Shown here piece after piece: positions 49,463 to 63,170 of a DNA stretch of 64,000 nt. Position numbers and translations under genes: made by a program. The number at the start of each line of letters is the position of its first letter. The stretch's first letter is position 1. The DNA comes from Chiloscyllium plagiosum (Eukaryota), in the NCBI RefSeq assembly GCF_004010195.1, contig NC_057718.1, positions 23,404,637-23,468,636 on the forward strand. The letters are read 5' to 3'. A model generated the notes under the pieces. It worked only from the letters and a program-made list of their open reading frames with translations. It made no database searches and was not told the origin of the DNA.

Positions 49463-50069
49463 AACTTTAAACTGCATGTTTGTGTTATTCCTGTATCATT
49501 GCTCTGAATCACAACATCATTATATATTTTAGGTATGCCTTCTGATTAATGGGATGTTCTGTTATCTTGTGGCAAAAGAAGGGTAGTGCTTTGGGATAAC
49601 TTTAAAAGACCATTGGTCAGGTCTTCCCAAAGTTGAGGTCACAACCCCTTTGGTGTCCTAGTTTCTGAGGCTACAATGGCATCATGAAGCTCTGAACAAG
49701 TTGTAACAGCTGTGCCCCCACTCTAACATGCCCCAACTCTCAAAACTACCTCCCAACTTCAATCAAAGTCACAACTATACAGTGAAAACACTATTTTCAA
49801 TTCTTGATATGGGGTCACAGTGAAAAAAATGGAAATCAGTTGAAACTCACCTTCAGAAGAAGTGTCATGTCTCATATGGCCTGGGAGTTGTGAGTGTAGA
49901 CTGACAGTGTAAGAGATCTAGAAACATGCTCATGTGTACACATGTTCCTGTTCAATATACTACAAAGAACATACATATTTGCTTCATACTGTTTCAATTC
50001 CTGTAACTCCTACATCATTTACAACCTTAAGGAAACAAATAATATAGCAGAGAATTTCTCATTCAAAAG

Positions 50070-50758
50070 GGTACAGGTGCACAGTTCCTTGAAAGTGGAG
50101 TCACATGATATATAGGGTAAAGAAGGAGGCTTTTTGTACACTTGCTATCATTGGTCAGCGCATTGAATATAGGAATTGGGATGTCATGTTGTGGCTGTGC
50201 AGGACATTGGTGAGGTCACTTTTAGACTATTGTGTTCATTTTTGGGCACCCTGCTATGGGAAAGATGTTGTTACACTTGAAAGGGTTCAGAAAAGCTTTA
50301 CAAAGGTGTTGCTGGGATTAGAGGGTTCGAGCTATAGGGAGAGGCTGAATAGACTGGGGATTTTTTTTCCCTGGAGCATCGGAGGCTGAGGGGTGACCTT
50401 ATAGAGATTTATAAAATCATGAGAGGCAAGGGCAAGGTCTTTTTCCTGGGGTGGGGGAGTCCAAAACTAGAAGACACAGGTTTAAAGTTAAAGGGGAAAG
50501 ATTTAAAAGGGACCTAAGGGGCAACTTTTTCATGCAGAGGGTGGCACATGTATGGAATGAGCTGCCTGAGGAGATGGTAGAGGCTGGTAAAATTACTGAA
50601 ATTAAAAGACATCCGGATGGGTATATGAATAGAAAGGGTTTAGTGGGATGTGGGCCAAATGCTGGCAAATGGGACTAGGTTAATTTAGGATATCTAGTCG
50701 GCATGGACGAGTTGGTCAGAATGGTTTAGTTCCGTCCCTGTATGACTGTATGACTCTA
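50070..50758 (+). mobile_element. CR1 LINE 3' fragment
   Basis: LVRSLLDYCVHFWAPCYGKD..YRERLNRL; tail tgactgtatgactcta. Confidence 0.92.
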
Positions 50759-50774
50759 ATAAAGGAATAAACAT

Positions 50775-51255
50775 TTTGTGGAGGAGCCGGTGTTGGACTG
50801 GGTGGCAATGTTAAAAATTACACAACACCAGGTTATCTTCCAACAGGTTTAAGCACGATATAAAAGCAAATTACTGCGGATGCTGGAATCTGAAACCAAA
50901 TGAGAAAATGCTGGAAAATCTCAGCAGGTCTGGCAGCATCTGTAAGGAGAGAAAAGAGCTGACGTTTCGAATCTAACTGACCCTTTGTCAAAGCTGATCA
51001 AGATTCCAGCATCCGCAGTAATTTACTTTTATCCAGTGCTTAACCCAGTGCCACCTCTCTTCCAGAAATGCCTACCCTGAAGAAATACTACTCTTCTCTC
51101 CCAGCTTTGACAAAGGGTCAGCTAGACTCGAAACATCAGCTCTTTTCTCTCCTTACAGATGCGGCCAGACCTGCTGAGATTTTCCAGCATTTTCTCTTTA
51201 GGTTTAAGCACAAGCTTTTGGAGTGCTGTTTGTTTATCAGGTGGTTGTGGAGAGT
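50775..51255. mobile_element. Nested Penelope mini-elements
   Basis: Insert 50857-51199 with inverted arms, flanked by a 12-bp TSD aggtttaagcac, inside a mini-element of the 18720 family. Confidence 0.75.
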
Positions 51256-51559
51256 AAGCTTCTCCACTGTGAGCCGAGAGTTAGTGGCATCGATTTTTTC
51301 ATTTTGTGCAGCAATACTCCTTTCATATCAAACATAGCTCTTGTTCCACTCTTCCCTTCCTATGAACATGAACTTTCCCATCCAATATAAACCTTGCGTG
51401 AATGAAATTGCTTTCTGCAGTACATTTTGCTTTCAATCATTGCATGAAACCTCAATATTACTGGCTATAACTATTTTAGAAAGGGTAGAGAAGGAAAATA
51501 AGATAAAATTGCATTATTTCAAGGGGACATTCTTTAATGATGTTGATGCTAAGTTGAGT

Positions 51560-51950
51560 TGAATCTAATTTAGATATAACAAGGACTTTGTGACTATGTT
51601 GGGATTTTATTGTAGACCAGAAAGGATGAGATTTGTAAGTAATTTAAGGAGGTATCCAGATGTAATAGATTTTTAATTATTGGGGATTTTAATTATCGTA
51701 AATTAGATTGAGGTAAGACAAAATGCCCTTACTTGCAAGTCAGCAGATTAAAGGTAAGACAACACTTGGGAAATAATAAGTGTGATCTAATTAGCATTGC
51801 TCTGAAACTAAATTAAGAAGTAGATGAGTCAAAGATCAAGGTGCTGAACTGAAAGTGATCATATTTAACATCAATTAACCTGATTAATTGATTGGAAACG
51901 AACAGCTCAAATATAAGACCAGTAATGTAAAGTATTTGAAAAAACTCGAG
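51560..51950 (+). mobile_element. Decayed LINE APE endonuclease fragment
   Basis: G.Y.RP-like and IIGDFNY remnants. Confidence 0.5.
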
Positions 51951-52199
51951 TTAAAGTTATTGGTTTTAGTTATTCCAAAAAAGAATCAAACACTGGTGTT
52001 CTAAGACAAATAAAGAATTTGAAGCAAAAAACAAAACTCCAAAAAATTACATAAAGTGACATATATTTAGAATTCAGGGAACTGTCATGAAATATGAACG
52101 TAGACTTTTGCTTTTCTTTGATGAAATGAACGTGAACATAAACACAAAGAAATTGGATTGATCCGGATAGTCTGCAAACGCTACAATTGCATGAATATA

Positions 52200-53860
52200 C
52201 AACCATCTTCAGATAGAATGGTTGTGTCGATGATCTGCCTTGGCTTCCTCCAGAGGTCTCCAGCATCACAGATACCTGTCTTCAACCAAATCGAAACACT
52301 CAACATGATACCAAGGAAGTAATGAATATGCTGGCTACTGCAAAAGTTTTGGAGGGTCCCAAGAACATTCCTGCAATAGAACTGAAGACTTGTACTCCAG
52401 AACCCACTGTGTCGCTATCCCAGCTATCCCAATAGCAACACTGGCATATGCTCAACAATATGGAAAATTGCCCAGATAAGTCCTGTCCACAAAATGCAGT
52501 ATAAATCCAATCTGGTTAAGTACTGCCGCTTCAGTCAATTATTAATCATCAGAAAAGTGGTGGAAGGTGTCTTCAAGTTACACATATTCAGTAATAATCC
52601 ACCCGCTGATGCTCAAGAGTAGATTAGATTCCCTCCAGTGTGGAAACAGGCCCTTTGGTCCAACAAGTCCACACCTACCCTCCGAAGAGTAATCAAGGTG
52701 GATTCTGCAGGACCATTCTGCACCCGATTTCATTCATTACAGCTTTTGTCCAAATATGGATAAAGGAGCTGAACTCGAGGGGAAGTGAGAGTGACTGACT
52801 TGGAAATCACATATTTGACTGTGAATGACATCAAGGAGCCCCAGCAAAACACTGAAGTCAATGGGAATCAGGGGAAAACTCTCTCCTGGTTGAATCATAA
52901 CTAGTCCAAAGGAAGATGGTTGTGGTTGTTGCAGGTCAATCATTTCAGTCCTAGGTCATCTCTCCCAGAGTTTCTCAGGATAGTGTCCCAGGCCCAACCA
53001 TCTTCAGCTGCTTCAACAATGGCCTTCCCTCCATAAAAAGCCCAGAACGGGGGGGCATTTGCTGATGAGTGCACAATGTTCAGCAATACTCACGATTCCT
53101 CAGGTACTACATCAGTCATTGTCTATATGCAGCAAAACCTGGATAGCGTCCAGATTTGGACTGATAACAATTTTATTCAAGTCGCATAGTCCAACAAGAG
53201 AGAATCCAACCATCTCTCTTGCCATTCAGTGGTATCACCATTGCTGACTCCCTCACTATCAACATCCTGAGGGTCACTGTTGGCCAGAAACTGAGCCAGG
53301 CCCACCTGTGGTTACAAGAGCAGGCGAGATGCTTGAAATTTTGTGATAAGTAACTCACCTTTTTTCTCTCCAGTGCCTGTCCTTACACTATGGGAGTGTA
53401 ATGGAATACTCCACACTTGTCTGAATGACTACAAGTTCAACAGTACTCAAGAGTCTCAACACCATTCAGAACAAAGCAGCCTGTTTGATTAGCATCACAT
53501 TCATACCCTCCAGCATTATTACAATGCAATGAATGTGTACCATCTACAAGATACACTGCAGTAATCCACCAAGTCTCCTCTGAGAGCACTTTCTAAACCT
53601 ATGAACTCTACAGCCTAGAAAGACAAGAGCAACTGAGGCATAGGGACATCACCACTTGCAAGATCCTCTTCAATCCACAAACATCCTGAATTGGAACTAT
53701 TTCAACATTTCTTCACTGTCGCTGGGTTCAAACCCCAAAAATCCTTTCTCCACACCACCTGGTTTGCAATGGTACAAGACGTTAGCTCCCCACCACCTTG
53801 TCAATGGCAATTGGGGATAGGCAATAAATGCCTTCCTAGCCCTCGATATCCACATCACAT
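52200..53860 (+). mobile_element. CR1/L2-clade LINE RT (distinct shark family) with nested HE1 tail (~52620-52695)
   Basis: PVHKMQYKSNLVKYCRFS; VSQDSVPGPTIFSCFNN; FADE. Related termini occur at ~26840-27035, ~28810-29150 and ~57225-57570. Confidence 0.75.
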
Positions 53861-53884
53861 GAAACAACATGCAAAAATGACTTA

Positions 53885-54100
53885 AAATCAGAAATCACTG
53901 GAGAAAATCAGCAGGTCTGGCAGTGTCTGTGGAGAGAAAGCACAGTTAACATTTAAGGTCCAGTGACCTTTCTTCTGAACGGTTCTGAGCCTGAAATGGC
54001 AACTCTGTTTTCTCTCCACAAGGGACTGCCAGACCTGCTGAGCTTCTCAGCGATTTCTGTTTTTGTTTCAGATTTCCAGCATCCGCAGTTCTTTGTTTTA
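53885..54100. mobile_element. Palindromic Penelope mini-element
   Basis: cagcaggtctggcagt / actgccagacctgctg arms. Confidence 0.8.
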
Positions 54101-55654
54101 TTCAAAAATGACTTGCCCGGCATAGCTGTCCCTGCCTGCAGTTTGTACATCTGGTTTGTGCATCTGCTAAATGCTGGTCGCTGTCAGGAAGATCCCAAAT
54201 TGTTGCACATTTTGACTTTTAACAAGCCCTTAACAACTTTAATTGACCTGCTTGGGAAGCAAAGATGAGGTTTGTAGGCCTCTCCTAGAGTGTGGATTTG
54301 ATGGACCATACAGCCTGCTCCCACACTGTAGGAATCCATATTTCCTGAAAGTGGCTGATGATGGAAAGAGAAGCAAAAAGTCTGGGAGGGTGACATCGCA
54401 ATAGTTTTATTTTAGTTCTATCTAGAACTGCTCTGGCCCACTTTGAGACAGCAAAATTCAGTTGGAGGATTGCAACTTGGCTTGAGCATGGTCCTGGAAT
54501 TTAATTTTAATCTCTGAACCTTCCACTGCCCCCAGCCATCCCTGATATTTTGATATATAATAAACAAGCGTTTTGAAGGAATATATAAAAGAAAAACAGC
54601 ATTCTTTTTTTAATGCTGCAGTGATATTTCTCCAGGGCTGCTTGCGGCAGTGTCTAGGAGATTGATCTACAATTCCGGATGCTCCATTACAGTCCCAAGG
54701 TGAGGGAACCAGCTTTGTCATTCATTAACAACATTGTGTTGCTCAGAGGAGCTCACAGGGTGTCTGCTGACAGCAAATCTGCCCTCATCTGCCACTTCAG
54801 ATTGTTGCTAACCTTTGTTCAATACAGACCCTGAGTCACTTTTACCACATTAAACCTGGAAGTCAATTAACTCAGATTTACCTCTCCCTCAGGCTGCGCA
54901 GCATTCTCTTAAAAAGAATTTTGTCTGACAGGTTTAGACAGAAGTGGCCTGAAGAAATAATGAAAGCATGACCTGCATTACTCAACACCATCTCTGGAGG
55001 ATTCTCAGCTTCACTTCAGAAGGTGTTGCTTACATCGAGTTGAATAGTGGAAATGTTCATACTCACTGTTGAAAGATTTGCTGCAGAGCCCTGGCTTGGA
55101 CATTGTTGCTGCCCTTCTGTGGCTTGCTTAATTATTCTGATTATTTTTTGATTCAGCCTGTGACGAGATAGATATCAGAAGTATTTCCATTACGTAGATA
55201 CAAACTCTTTTTGTTCTGTGTACTCTACTGAAGAAACGAATTGCTCATTGTAAGAAATGCTTTTCCCTGGTTATGGTGGTCAATGCTTCAAGTATTCATC
55301 TCCATTTAATAACATGCTAACTCTCCTGTAACTACTATATGAGTATCTCTTACTCTGAGATAACATACAACAGGCTATTGTTATTACTTTGTTATGGATC
55401 AGACCAAATCCCTCAAAATATATTAAGACAATAGCCTAGACCCTAACTTTTTCTGATTTTAAAGGCAAGTGCCAGGTGTTGTGTTCCACATGCAATTCAA
55501 CTGATCAGACTACCATTCTTGAACAAAACACACTTTATTAATACACTATCGTTAAAATATAATAAAGGAAAGAACTGGAATAACTTAACTCTATTGAAAA
55601 GCATAACAGAACAATAGATTATTTAACTTTTAAGCATCAACTGTTCCAATATCC

Positions 55655-56085
55655 ATAGAACTCCTACAGTGTAGAAACAAGCCATTTGGCCCAACGAGTC
55701 CACACTGACCCTCTGAAGAGCATCCCACCCAGACCCTATTTCCTATGGCTAATGCAGTTAACCTACACGTCACTGAACTTTACGGTTAATTTAGCATGGC
55801 CAACCCAACTAACTCTGCACACCTTTGGATTAATGGAAGGAAACCGGAGCACCCAGAGGAAACCCACACACTCATGGGGAGAATGTGCAAACTCCACACA
55901 GACAATCCAAAGATGTGCAGGTTAGGTGACGTGGCCATGCTAAATCACCCATAGTGTTCATGGAAGTGTAGGCTAGGGGGATTAGTCAGGGGTAAATATA
56001 GGGTAGGGGAATGGGTTATTCTTTGAAGGGTCGGTGTGGACTTGTTGGACCAAACGGCCTGTTTCCACACTATAAGGATTCTATG
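55655..56085. mobile_element. Two HE1 SINE 3' halves joined head-to-head
   Basis: 55655-55905 minus and 55905-56085 plus, joined within the V-domain. Confidence 0.75.
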
Positions 56086-58759
56086 TGCCATTGTTCCCTT
56101 ATCTGGCCGACATGACACTCCAAACCCACAACAGTATGACTCCTAATTCCTTGCTAAAATGGCCTAGATATTTTCAAATAAATCTATTCAGAAATGTTCT
56201 TAAATAACTGGAGTAATGGGATTTGTATCCCGGTCTTCTGACTCAGAGGCAGGGACACTACTACACAGCCCCACTGAAATGACCTAATGAGCCTGCCAGT
56301 ATGAGGGCAACTAAAGATGGACACATACCATCAAACAAAAAAACCTCTCCCATTAATAGTCATTACAGTGCTTTCACTTGCGAAAGTTTGAATGTAGCAA
56401 ATATCGACAGAGATTTCATGCAGCTTTACTATCATACAAGCAACCAAAATTATATTCTCCAAAATGTAAAGGTTCATTAAAAAATGTTTTCTTGTCCCAC
56501 GGGTCTGATTTGTGTGGAAGCTCCATACAGAGATCAGTGAATCTCTAAATGTGGAAATATTCAACAGCTCTTTGATCTTGGGGATTGTTGTCTAGTTGGG
56601 TAGTGGGGAGGTGGTGATGAGAACCTCAATAATGAACCTTCTGGAAAAGCGTAGAATCATTGTCAGCAACTTCCAGAGCTCAGGATGTTCAGAATAATTC
56701 AGAAATCCGACATTCCTGTCAGTTTCTGTGGAATAATGATGTTGGATACTGACAGTTTTGCCATCATTATCATTGTAAAACGCAGGCCTTTAGAAACATG
56801 GATGCAAGAATTGACCATAGAAAAACATTGCCATAATAAATGTGGGTTAAACCATCACGTTAGAGAAATTGAAACAAATGCCATTTGGATTGTATAAGGG
56901 ACATGTTGATTCATTCTAAAATCTACTACCAGTTTATTGAACTTGGAAAATTACCTGCATTATGTTTCATTCTCCAGTCACTCTAGGCTCTGCAATGACA
57001 AAAAAAATGACATCAAAGGGTACTAACTTTCTTATGAATTTTAATATAAGTCCAGAGGCTCCTTGAATTAAAATGAATGCTACATATATTGACCCAAAGC
57101 TGAAGACTAATGTAATGACAAGACTAATTGTAGTTGCAATGGTCACTTCCCACTCGAATTAAATACATTGTTTCTCTCCTTTTGCAGCTCATTATTTTTA
57201 GTTTTAGACTCTAATCAGTTTTTTTTCCCTTTATTCATTCATGGGATGAGGGCAGTCACTGGCTAGGCAGCATTTATTGCCCATCATTAATTGCCCAGAG
57301 GGCAGTTAAGAGTCAACCACATTGCTGTGAGTTGGAGTCACATATAGGCCAGGTCAAGTAGGGATGGCAATTTCCTTCCCGAAAGGACAATAGTGAACCA
57401 GATGGGTTTTTCCAACAATCAACAACAGATTCATGATCATCGGTAGACTCTTAATTCCAGATTTTGTTTTTTAATTGAATTTAAATTCCACCATCTGTAC
57501 GATTCAAACCAGAACATTACCTGGGTCTCTGGATTAACAGGCCAGTGATACAATAGGCCATCGCCTGCCCGAGTTTAAATAGAAAGAAATAATATAAGCA
57601 TAAAAAAAATCGCATTTGTATTTAGAAATCCAAATGTTGTACCTTGATGACCAAGAATTCAACATGGCAGCTGTTGAAACAATTGGTTATTTGACAGTAC
57701 TTATTCTTGATATTTCCCCATTCCTCTTTGCAAATTCTATGCAGATCCAAAATATTTTTCCATATTAAGTGAATCAAACTATCTATTAACATGTGCAAGT
57801 CACAGACAGGTCATTTGATCGAACACTCTCAAATTCTCATCAGTTTAGGTTGTTCAGTTTCTTTAAAGTTATTACAAAATGATACTTTAGCTAGCAGCCA
57901 GCAATATCATTGTATCTAATGCAAAAAAAAACTGAGAATGCTGGAGAAACTCAACTCTGAGGAGAGAGAAAAAAAACAGAGTTCCATTTTGAGTTCGGTG
58001 TGACTTCTTCAGAAAAAAGACTATTCCCTCTCCACAGATGTTCCCAGACCTGCTAAGTTTCTCTAGCATTCTCTGCAGATTACCAACATTCATGGCATTT
58101 TGCTTTTATTTTATGTTTAATTTTATCTCATTTTGTATAATGCCATAACCTGAAATTAAGCAGTTATTAATGTGGTGGGGATATTTACTCCATCTAAATT
58201 TATTGATTGCAAAAATTGAGGACTGTTCCTTTTGGCATTTTAACTTTGAACTTGGTCCCTGTGCTTTGTTATTGTTGTATGCCATTCTCCATGTTAGAGC
58301 CTTACACTTGATCCAATCAGAGAAGCGTAGCCAATCCTTGCAATTGTAATCATTTTAATTAAGTCCTGTTCAGGCTTTGCCCACCCTTTGGGACAAGGCG
58401 GACCCTAAACTGGACCAACACTACCACTGAACCACAGAAGCCCACATCCTCCCAACTGTACACTAGCTTTCGCATTATCAATGCACTTACACTTTGTTTG
58501 AGCTGAATAGGAGTAACTCAGAGGTCATGAAGCGGAAAAGAAATAGGAAATGTTGAATAAGGAGTATTATTTTCTATGCATGTGTGGGTGAAGCAGGTGA
58601 CACGTGATGGCTGAATTGAAATTAACTTCCCGAGAGAAAGCAGACTGTTTATTTGCTGTCACCTGTTTAAAACACCTCACAAAGTCCAATCCAGCTTCCC
58701 CATCCCCCCACCCCCTGCACAGGATTTAATATTCTATCCGTGTCTCCTGCTCACCACTA

Positions 58760-59370
58760 GGTGGAGTTGTAGGTAGCTTGGGTGGTGAAGAAGGTGCTTA
58801 CCTTCATTGGCCAGAACATTGTCGTGTACAGGCCATTGTTGAGGCCACCTTTAGAATACCGCATGCTATTTTTGTTGCCCTTCTATAGGAAGGATATTGT
58901 TAAACTTGAAAAGATGCAGAAAAGATTTACAAAGATGTTGCTGGAACTGGAGGGTTTGAGTTTTCAGAGTTTGAAGAGGTTGGGGTATCGGAGGCTGAGG
59001 GGAAAACTTATAGAGGCTTATAAAAACATGAGGGACATGGATAGGGTGAACAGCAAAGGTCTTCTTCTTGGGATGGAGAAGTCCAAGATTAGACCGCATA
59101 GGTTTAAGGTGAGAAGAAAAGATTTGAAAAGGACCTGAGGGGTAACTTTTTCACACAGGAAGTGGCGTGTGTATGGAGTGAGCTGCCACAGGAAGTGGTG
59201 GAGTAGGTACAATTGCAACTTTTAAAAGGCATCTGAATGGGTACATGAATAAAGAGTTTAGAGGGATATGGGCCAAATGCTGGCAAAAGAGTCTCAGTCA
59301 GATTGGGATGTCTGGTTGGTGCGGATGAAGGGTCGAAGGGTCTATTGCCGTGCTGTATGACTCTATGATC
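58760..59370 (+). mobile_element. CR1 LINE 3' fragment
   Basis: RPPLEY..YRKDIVKLEKMQKRFTKML; tail tgactctatga. Confidence 0.9.
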
Positions 59371-61329
59371 TTATTTACCTCGGCAGTATCATGCCTCTCT
59401 CAGCATTCAGAGCCTTTCCATCAGATATGCCATTCCCCAAGAGCAGCCTGTCAACCAGAGGCTGCCCATACCCCATTGCCTGCAGCAACACCAGGCAAAG
59501 TGGCTAATGCCAGTTGTTCCTCAGAGATTTCGCCAGGGATGTTTGTTGGTGAGTGAAAATGGGATGGAGAACATGGGAGAGTTGTGGGCATTAGGGGCTG
59601 GTGGATGGCAGGTTCCTAGATTGGGCACAGTACCATGACAATGAGGGATCCTCCCCAATAAGGCATTGGCCATTGATGTAGACATGGGGTAACTGTGTAA
59701 TTCCCATTTGTTCCCTGAGGCATCATTAAATTCTGGTGGGCTCAGGGGTATAATTACTGTCAATTGATTTATTAATGAGCCTAAATGACATTGTGGCCTA
59801 TTGGCCAGTATCCATATCAGCCCTTCCTGCCTCTGGCTACATTAGAAGAGGTACCTCTGCCATTCTCGATGGGCGTGACCAGCAAGCTTCTCGTTGTGCT
59901 GTCTAGATTTATTTCTGTTAGTAATTTGGAGTTGTGAGGAAATGTTGGGAAACTTGCTCCACTTTCTTGCATCCAAAATTGTAAAAAAACTGTGAGCAGT
60001 GCCTTCTGAACTGATTTCCATATCTTTGCTCCTCAAACAGAATATTGTCAAGCACTTTGAAAAAACAATACAATAGCAGTAATCTTTAGCTATGATAAAG
60101 GCCCTGGCTTCCTCTCTGATATGACAGAAATTGAAATAACATGTGTCAAAGAAATGGAAAAGAACATAACGGCTGTCTAAACTATTCATTGCTAGTTCTT
60201 AATTGTTAGTTAATATCTTCTACTGGAACAGTGCTTATAACATCAAAGTTCTATTTCTAGTTACCTACTATTTCTATGAGATAAGAAAGAAACGATGACA
60301 CTTCATATAAATTCATTCCAATCTTAACATCACAGAACAAAAGATCTTGATAAACACTTTGTATGGAAAATTATGCATCATTTTCTTGTCTTCCCCAATC
60401 TCTTCCCCACATCTCCCCCATCCCCCACACCTAGCCTTTCCTATATTTCATTTCATGCTCTATGGAATGCTGGGTGATGGGTCATCTTATGTGATTAGAT
60501 TCGAGAATTGGTTTATTAGATTGTGGTGATGCTGCACAGTTACAGAGGAAGACTCAACAAAGCCATGGGACAATGCACTGCTTTCGATGTTTGCTGGGGA
60601 CATGACACAGGTTTCGACAAATGAGAAATGCTGGCACGGAATGTCTTCAATTTGGACAAAACACAAATCAGTTCACTCTACTATGCTTTTTAATAAATGA
60701 AATACAGACTGCCATGTTACCCAACGGAAGTTTGCCCTCTTTTGTCGCTCAGTTAATTTTTCTATTTGAAATGCCTGAAGTTTTCCCTATATATAGTCTG
60801 AAAGGCCTCACTGACTTAAGATGCTTCTCATTATACTGAAACACATGTCTTTTTGGGTCATTTCATTATGTCGTGTGATTGAGAGACTGGATATTACTGA
60901 CATAACCTAGACAGGGACCAGTTACGTAAACGATAATGAATTGCAGGCAGTGATTACATAGCAAATATTGGATACATGGGAATGATTAGATAAAGAATAA
61001 TGAATATCACAAGGGATTACATATGGAATAGAAACTCACTGTACAAAGGACACAAGAATAGTGGAATCAAAAAAGTATTCTAATTAGCCACCTTTTCCAT
61101 CCTTTATCTTCTGGCAAAATAGAAATAGATGCAATTGCACTGCGAATGCTTTAACAGACTGTATGCTCAGCAGAACGCAGCAGTCAGTGAAGTAAATGAG
61201 TAACTCAGAATGTGGGAAATTATAGCCAAGTTAGCTTATAGGTTTTTAATTCACATTTCCTAGTCCTGGTATAGGTCAGATTACATTGCATACATCTTAT
61301 TTATTTCCTCTACTATTAAGCACATGAAT

Positions 61330-61790
61330 TAGGGTAAAAAATTGGATTTATATAGCATCATCTGGTAGTCCAATTACATTCCACAGTCAAAGTGCTTTTG
61401 AAGTGTTGTCACTTTTATAGCAGAGGGCAACACAATGGGCGACATACATAGCAGGATCTCACAAAGCAACAATGAACTAATGACCAGATAATCTGTTATA
61501 GTTGGGGGATGATTGTGGAAAAAATCAACATTAATGGCATTATGGGGAACTCTCCTCCTCTTCTTCAAAAAGTGTCATGGAGTCTGTACCTCCATATGTG
61601 AGAGCAGAGATGATCTCTATTCAATGGTACATCATTGAAAGTTAAAGTATTTCTGACAATGCTGTGCTGTGCTGGACCAGCAATGGAGTACCAAATAAAT
61701 TATCAGGTCAAGACTCTGGAGGGAAGCTTGAGTTTACCATCTTCTGATAGGAGTGAGAAGTTTGTCATGTTAATCTAAGATGAGCACTTT
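61330..61790 (-). mobile_element. Deu-domain SINE (SacSINE1/AmnSINE-like)
   Basis: ttttgaagtgttgtcact..aatgaccagataatctgtt..gaactctcctcctcttcttcaaaaagtgtcatgg. Confidence 0.55.
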
Positions 61791-61994
61791 CCCCAGTGTT
61801 TGTCCTGTGTAGGCTCTCTTGCCTGTCTTCATAAGTAATTTTTTTCAATGTTGATGTTCTTCTCAGTATCTCTGTGGCCTTGTTCTAATGTAGCAACCAC
61901 CTGGATATGGTGTTCCCTATAAAGTTTTATTAATACATTATAGTATCAATAAAGCAGCCCTCCATTGCACTATGTACATAATAAAATATAAATT

Positions 61995-63170
61995 AATAGC
62001 AGAAATAGGCCATTCAGACCCTTGAATCTGCATTTGCCATTCAATAACAATCCAGTAACCTCCAGCTCATGTTCCTGCCTAACTCTGATAACCTTGTACT
62101 CCCTGGCATGACCAGAATCTATTTTCCTCTGCCTTAAAAACATTCAAGGACGCTACTTTAACACCTTCTCAGGAAGAAAGTTTCGCCCTCTTGGAGAAGA
62201 AATGTTACCTAATCTCTGTTTAAATAGATGAACTCTGATTTTTAAAAAGTTAGCCTTCGTTCCAGATTCTCCCATGAGGAAACATTCTCTCCACATCTAC
62301 CCTGTAATTACACCTCAGAATTTATGTTATTTGGTTCAATCAAGTCAGCACTTACTCTTGTAAACTCCAAAGGATACCAAGTACAATCTGCTCAATCTTT
62401 CCTCATAAATCAATCAACCCCCTTTCAGATGTTAGCAAACCTTCTCTGATCTGCCCCCAATGTATTTTCATCCTTCCTTAAATAAAGTGACCAATATTCT
62501 GCACAGTACTCCACAGGTAGATGATGAAGGAGTAGCAGTTTGAAAACTCGTACTTCCAAATAAAACTGTTGGCTTATAACCTAGTGTTGTGTGATTTTTA
62601 ACTTTGTCCACCCCAGTCCAACACCGGCACGTCCATATCATACTTTTACAACAAACACAGATAATGCAAAAGAAACTCAGCAGGTCTAGCAGCATTGATG
62701 GAGAGAAAAACAGAGTTAACCTTTCCAGTCAAGTTTGATACTTCTTCAAAACTCTGCTTACTTTTGAATTCAATTCCCTTGCAATAACTATATCATTCAT
62801 TGAGTTGCTCTAATTACTTGCTGTACCTGCATTCTAACTTTGTGTGATTCATGCACTCAGTCACCCAGATTCTCTTGCATCCCAGCACTGCAATATTTTA
62901 CCATTTAGATTCTTCTTTAATCTTCTTGCCAAATCGGAAAAAGAAATCACACTACCTCACATTATACTCCAATTTCTATAACTTTGCCCACTCACCTAAT
63001 CTATCTATATCTTTTTGTACCATCCTTATGTCCTCTTCAGAAATTATTTTCCTAGCTATCCTTGTGTCATCAGCAAATTTGACAACCGTACCTTCTGTCA
63101 CACCTAAATCATTTCTATAAATCGTAGGCAATTGAGTGCCCAGTATCGAACCCTGTGGCACACTCACACA
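61995..63170 (-). mobile_element. Old CR1 LINE with nested Penelope mini-elements (~62515-62750)
   Basis: VPQGSILG..KFADDTRI..IDRLGEWA. Confidence 0.82.
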
